Shown here in pieces: positions 63,312 through 64,000 of a stretch of DNA of 64,000 nt. The translations under genes were made by a program, and so were the position numbers. The notes beneath the pieces are model-generated. The model made no database searches, had not been told where the DNA came from, and worked only from the letters and a program-made list of their open reading frames with translations. Numbering within the stretch: the stretch's first letter is position 1; every line of letters begins with the position of its first letter. This DNA is from Clostridia bacterium. GTDB lineage: Bacteria > Bacillota > Clostridia > TANB77 > CAG-508. Location of the stretch: assembly GCA_900759475.1 (NCBI GenBank), contig CAAEVK010000012.1, positions 75,938-139,937 on the forward strand, written 5' to 3'.

Positions 63312-63528
63312 AATCGATTTATATGCTCTGCATATAAAATTTTTCTTGGTACTTGACAGAACTTAAAATTAAGTTTTTGATTTATATTTATATACTTCAA
63401 TATTCACCTCATTTCATTTTGAAATTATGCACTCACAATTTCAATAAAAAGGACTACTAACCTAAATTAGTAATCCATTCCAAAATCCTGAAATAACTTG
63501 TTTTTAATTTCTATCATAAAAGTAATTG

Positions 63529-63735
63529 TTACCAAGCACAATTCATTGTTAAGGCTACTTTCTTTTCTGTAGTATCTACAGAATAAATTGGGACTTCTCT
63601 TTCTGTATAAGTTGTTTGAATACTTTCTTCCAAATTGCTTGTTGCACCAAGAACAAATAAAACACTCACTGTTAAAAATGCAATTATATAGGATATTATT
63701 TTATCTTTATTTAACACCAAAAACATACTATTCAC
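63529..63735 (-). CDS. polysaccharide deacetylase (PdaA-like), 5' portion: signal/TM segment up to ...KKVALTMNCAW
   Basis: An N-terminal TM helix and ...VALTxxxxW, the start of the NodB domain. The stop is created at the element junction. Confidence 0.6.
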   Translation of the reverse strand: MNSMFLVLNKDKIISYIIAFLTVSVLFVLGATSNLEESIQTTYTEREVPIYSVDTTEKKVALTMNCAW

Positions 63736-63777
63736 ATCCTTTTTATACCATATGCTCGTTTATATAGTATTAGAACT

Positions 63778-64000
63778 TTAGTCATATACTTCTTCTAATT
63801 TTACTACTAACCTCTGTAAAGCTCCTGTAGTACAAGTAATTAACGTTACTCTTCTTTCTCCTCCGTGTTTCTTGTTCTAGGCAAGTAGTATCATTTGGCA
63901 AAACCTTCTCTATGGCATATACTCGATAAATGCAATATTGTCCATAAAGATCTGTTAATTTTATTTGGTCTCCTATTTCCAGCTTTTTTAATTTCCAAAA
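63778..64000 (-). CDS. sortase (3' part; the gene continues beyond the window), frame broken by one extra C (63865)
   Basis: GDQIKLTDLYGQYCIYRVYAIEKVLPNDTTCLEQ is sortase beta-barrel sequence. ACA-C-GGA breaks the frame. Without the C it reads ...ETGGERRVTLITCTTGALQRLVVKLEEVYD, including the TLITC catalytic Cys motif. Confidence 0.65.

Larger units (their letters stand above)
52843..63532 (-). mobile_element. skin-like intervening element of about 10.7 kb inserted in the PdaA-like deacetylase gene, with a large serine recombinase at one end and a RepA_N gene at the other
   Basis: Deacetylase halves sit at 63529-63735 and 52228-52845. The junction sequences AATTGTGCTTGG and AATTGCGACTGG are similar, and joining them gives a continuous NodB protein. 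The recombinase gene directly abuts the 3' fragment. Confidence 0.65.

Overview
This is an AT-rich (about 27-28% GC) chromosomal segment from an endospore-forming Firmicute, probably a Clostridia-class organism. It carries spoVAC-spoVAD-spoVAEb, a SpoVB/MurJ-like flippase, DUF951 and a PdaA-like deacetylase. Most of the window is conserved housekeeping genes: rpe, prkC/stp, rlmN, asd, pyrG, greA, dnaE, serS, engB, gltX, RNase J, a ROK glucokinase, class-3 FBPase, infC-rpmI-rplT, rplM-rpsI, hup, rsuA/rluD, tagA-like and lspA.

There is a complete type IV pilus locus (pilM/N, pilO-like, pilin, pilD, a pilin fused to an FGE/SUMF1-like domain, pilB, pilT, pilC). A two-gene orphan mobilisation module (a TraG/VirD4-like coupling protein plus a replication-relaxation protein) lies between spoVB/murJ and rsuA.

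Two things stand out.

(1) Fourteen single-base insertions, each a C placed immediately 5' of an in-frame glycine codon. Each creates a sense-strand CGG followed by a +1 shift. They break 11 otherwise conserved host genes, two of them twice. Deleting the single C restores a full-length protein with an exact codon count in every case.

(2) A roughly 10.7-kb intervening element (about 52843-63532) splits the polysaccharide deacetylase gene, in the manner of the skin element of sigK. It has a large serine recombinase at one end and a RepA_N-like protein at the other. Its cargo is a tightly packed operon: a radical-SAM/SPASM enzyme, an HprK-like P-loop protein, an amidohydrolase, and PHP, HD, HAD and pyrophosphatase-like phosphoesterases.

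No rRNA, tRNA or CRISPR array was seen.
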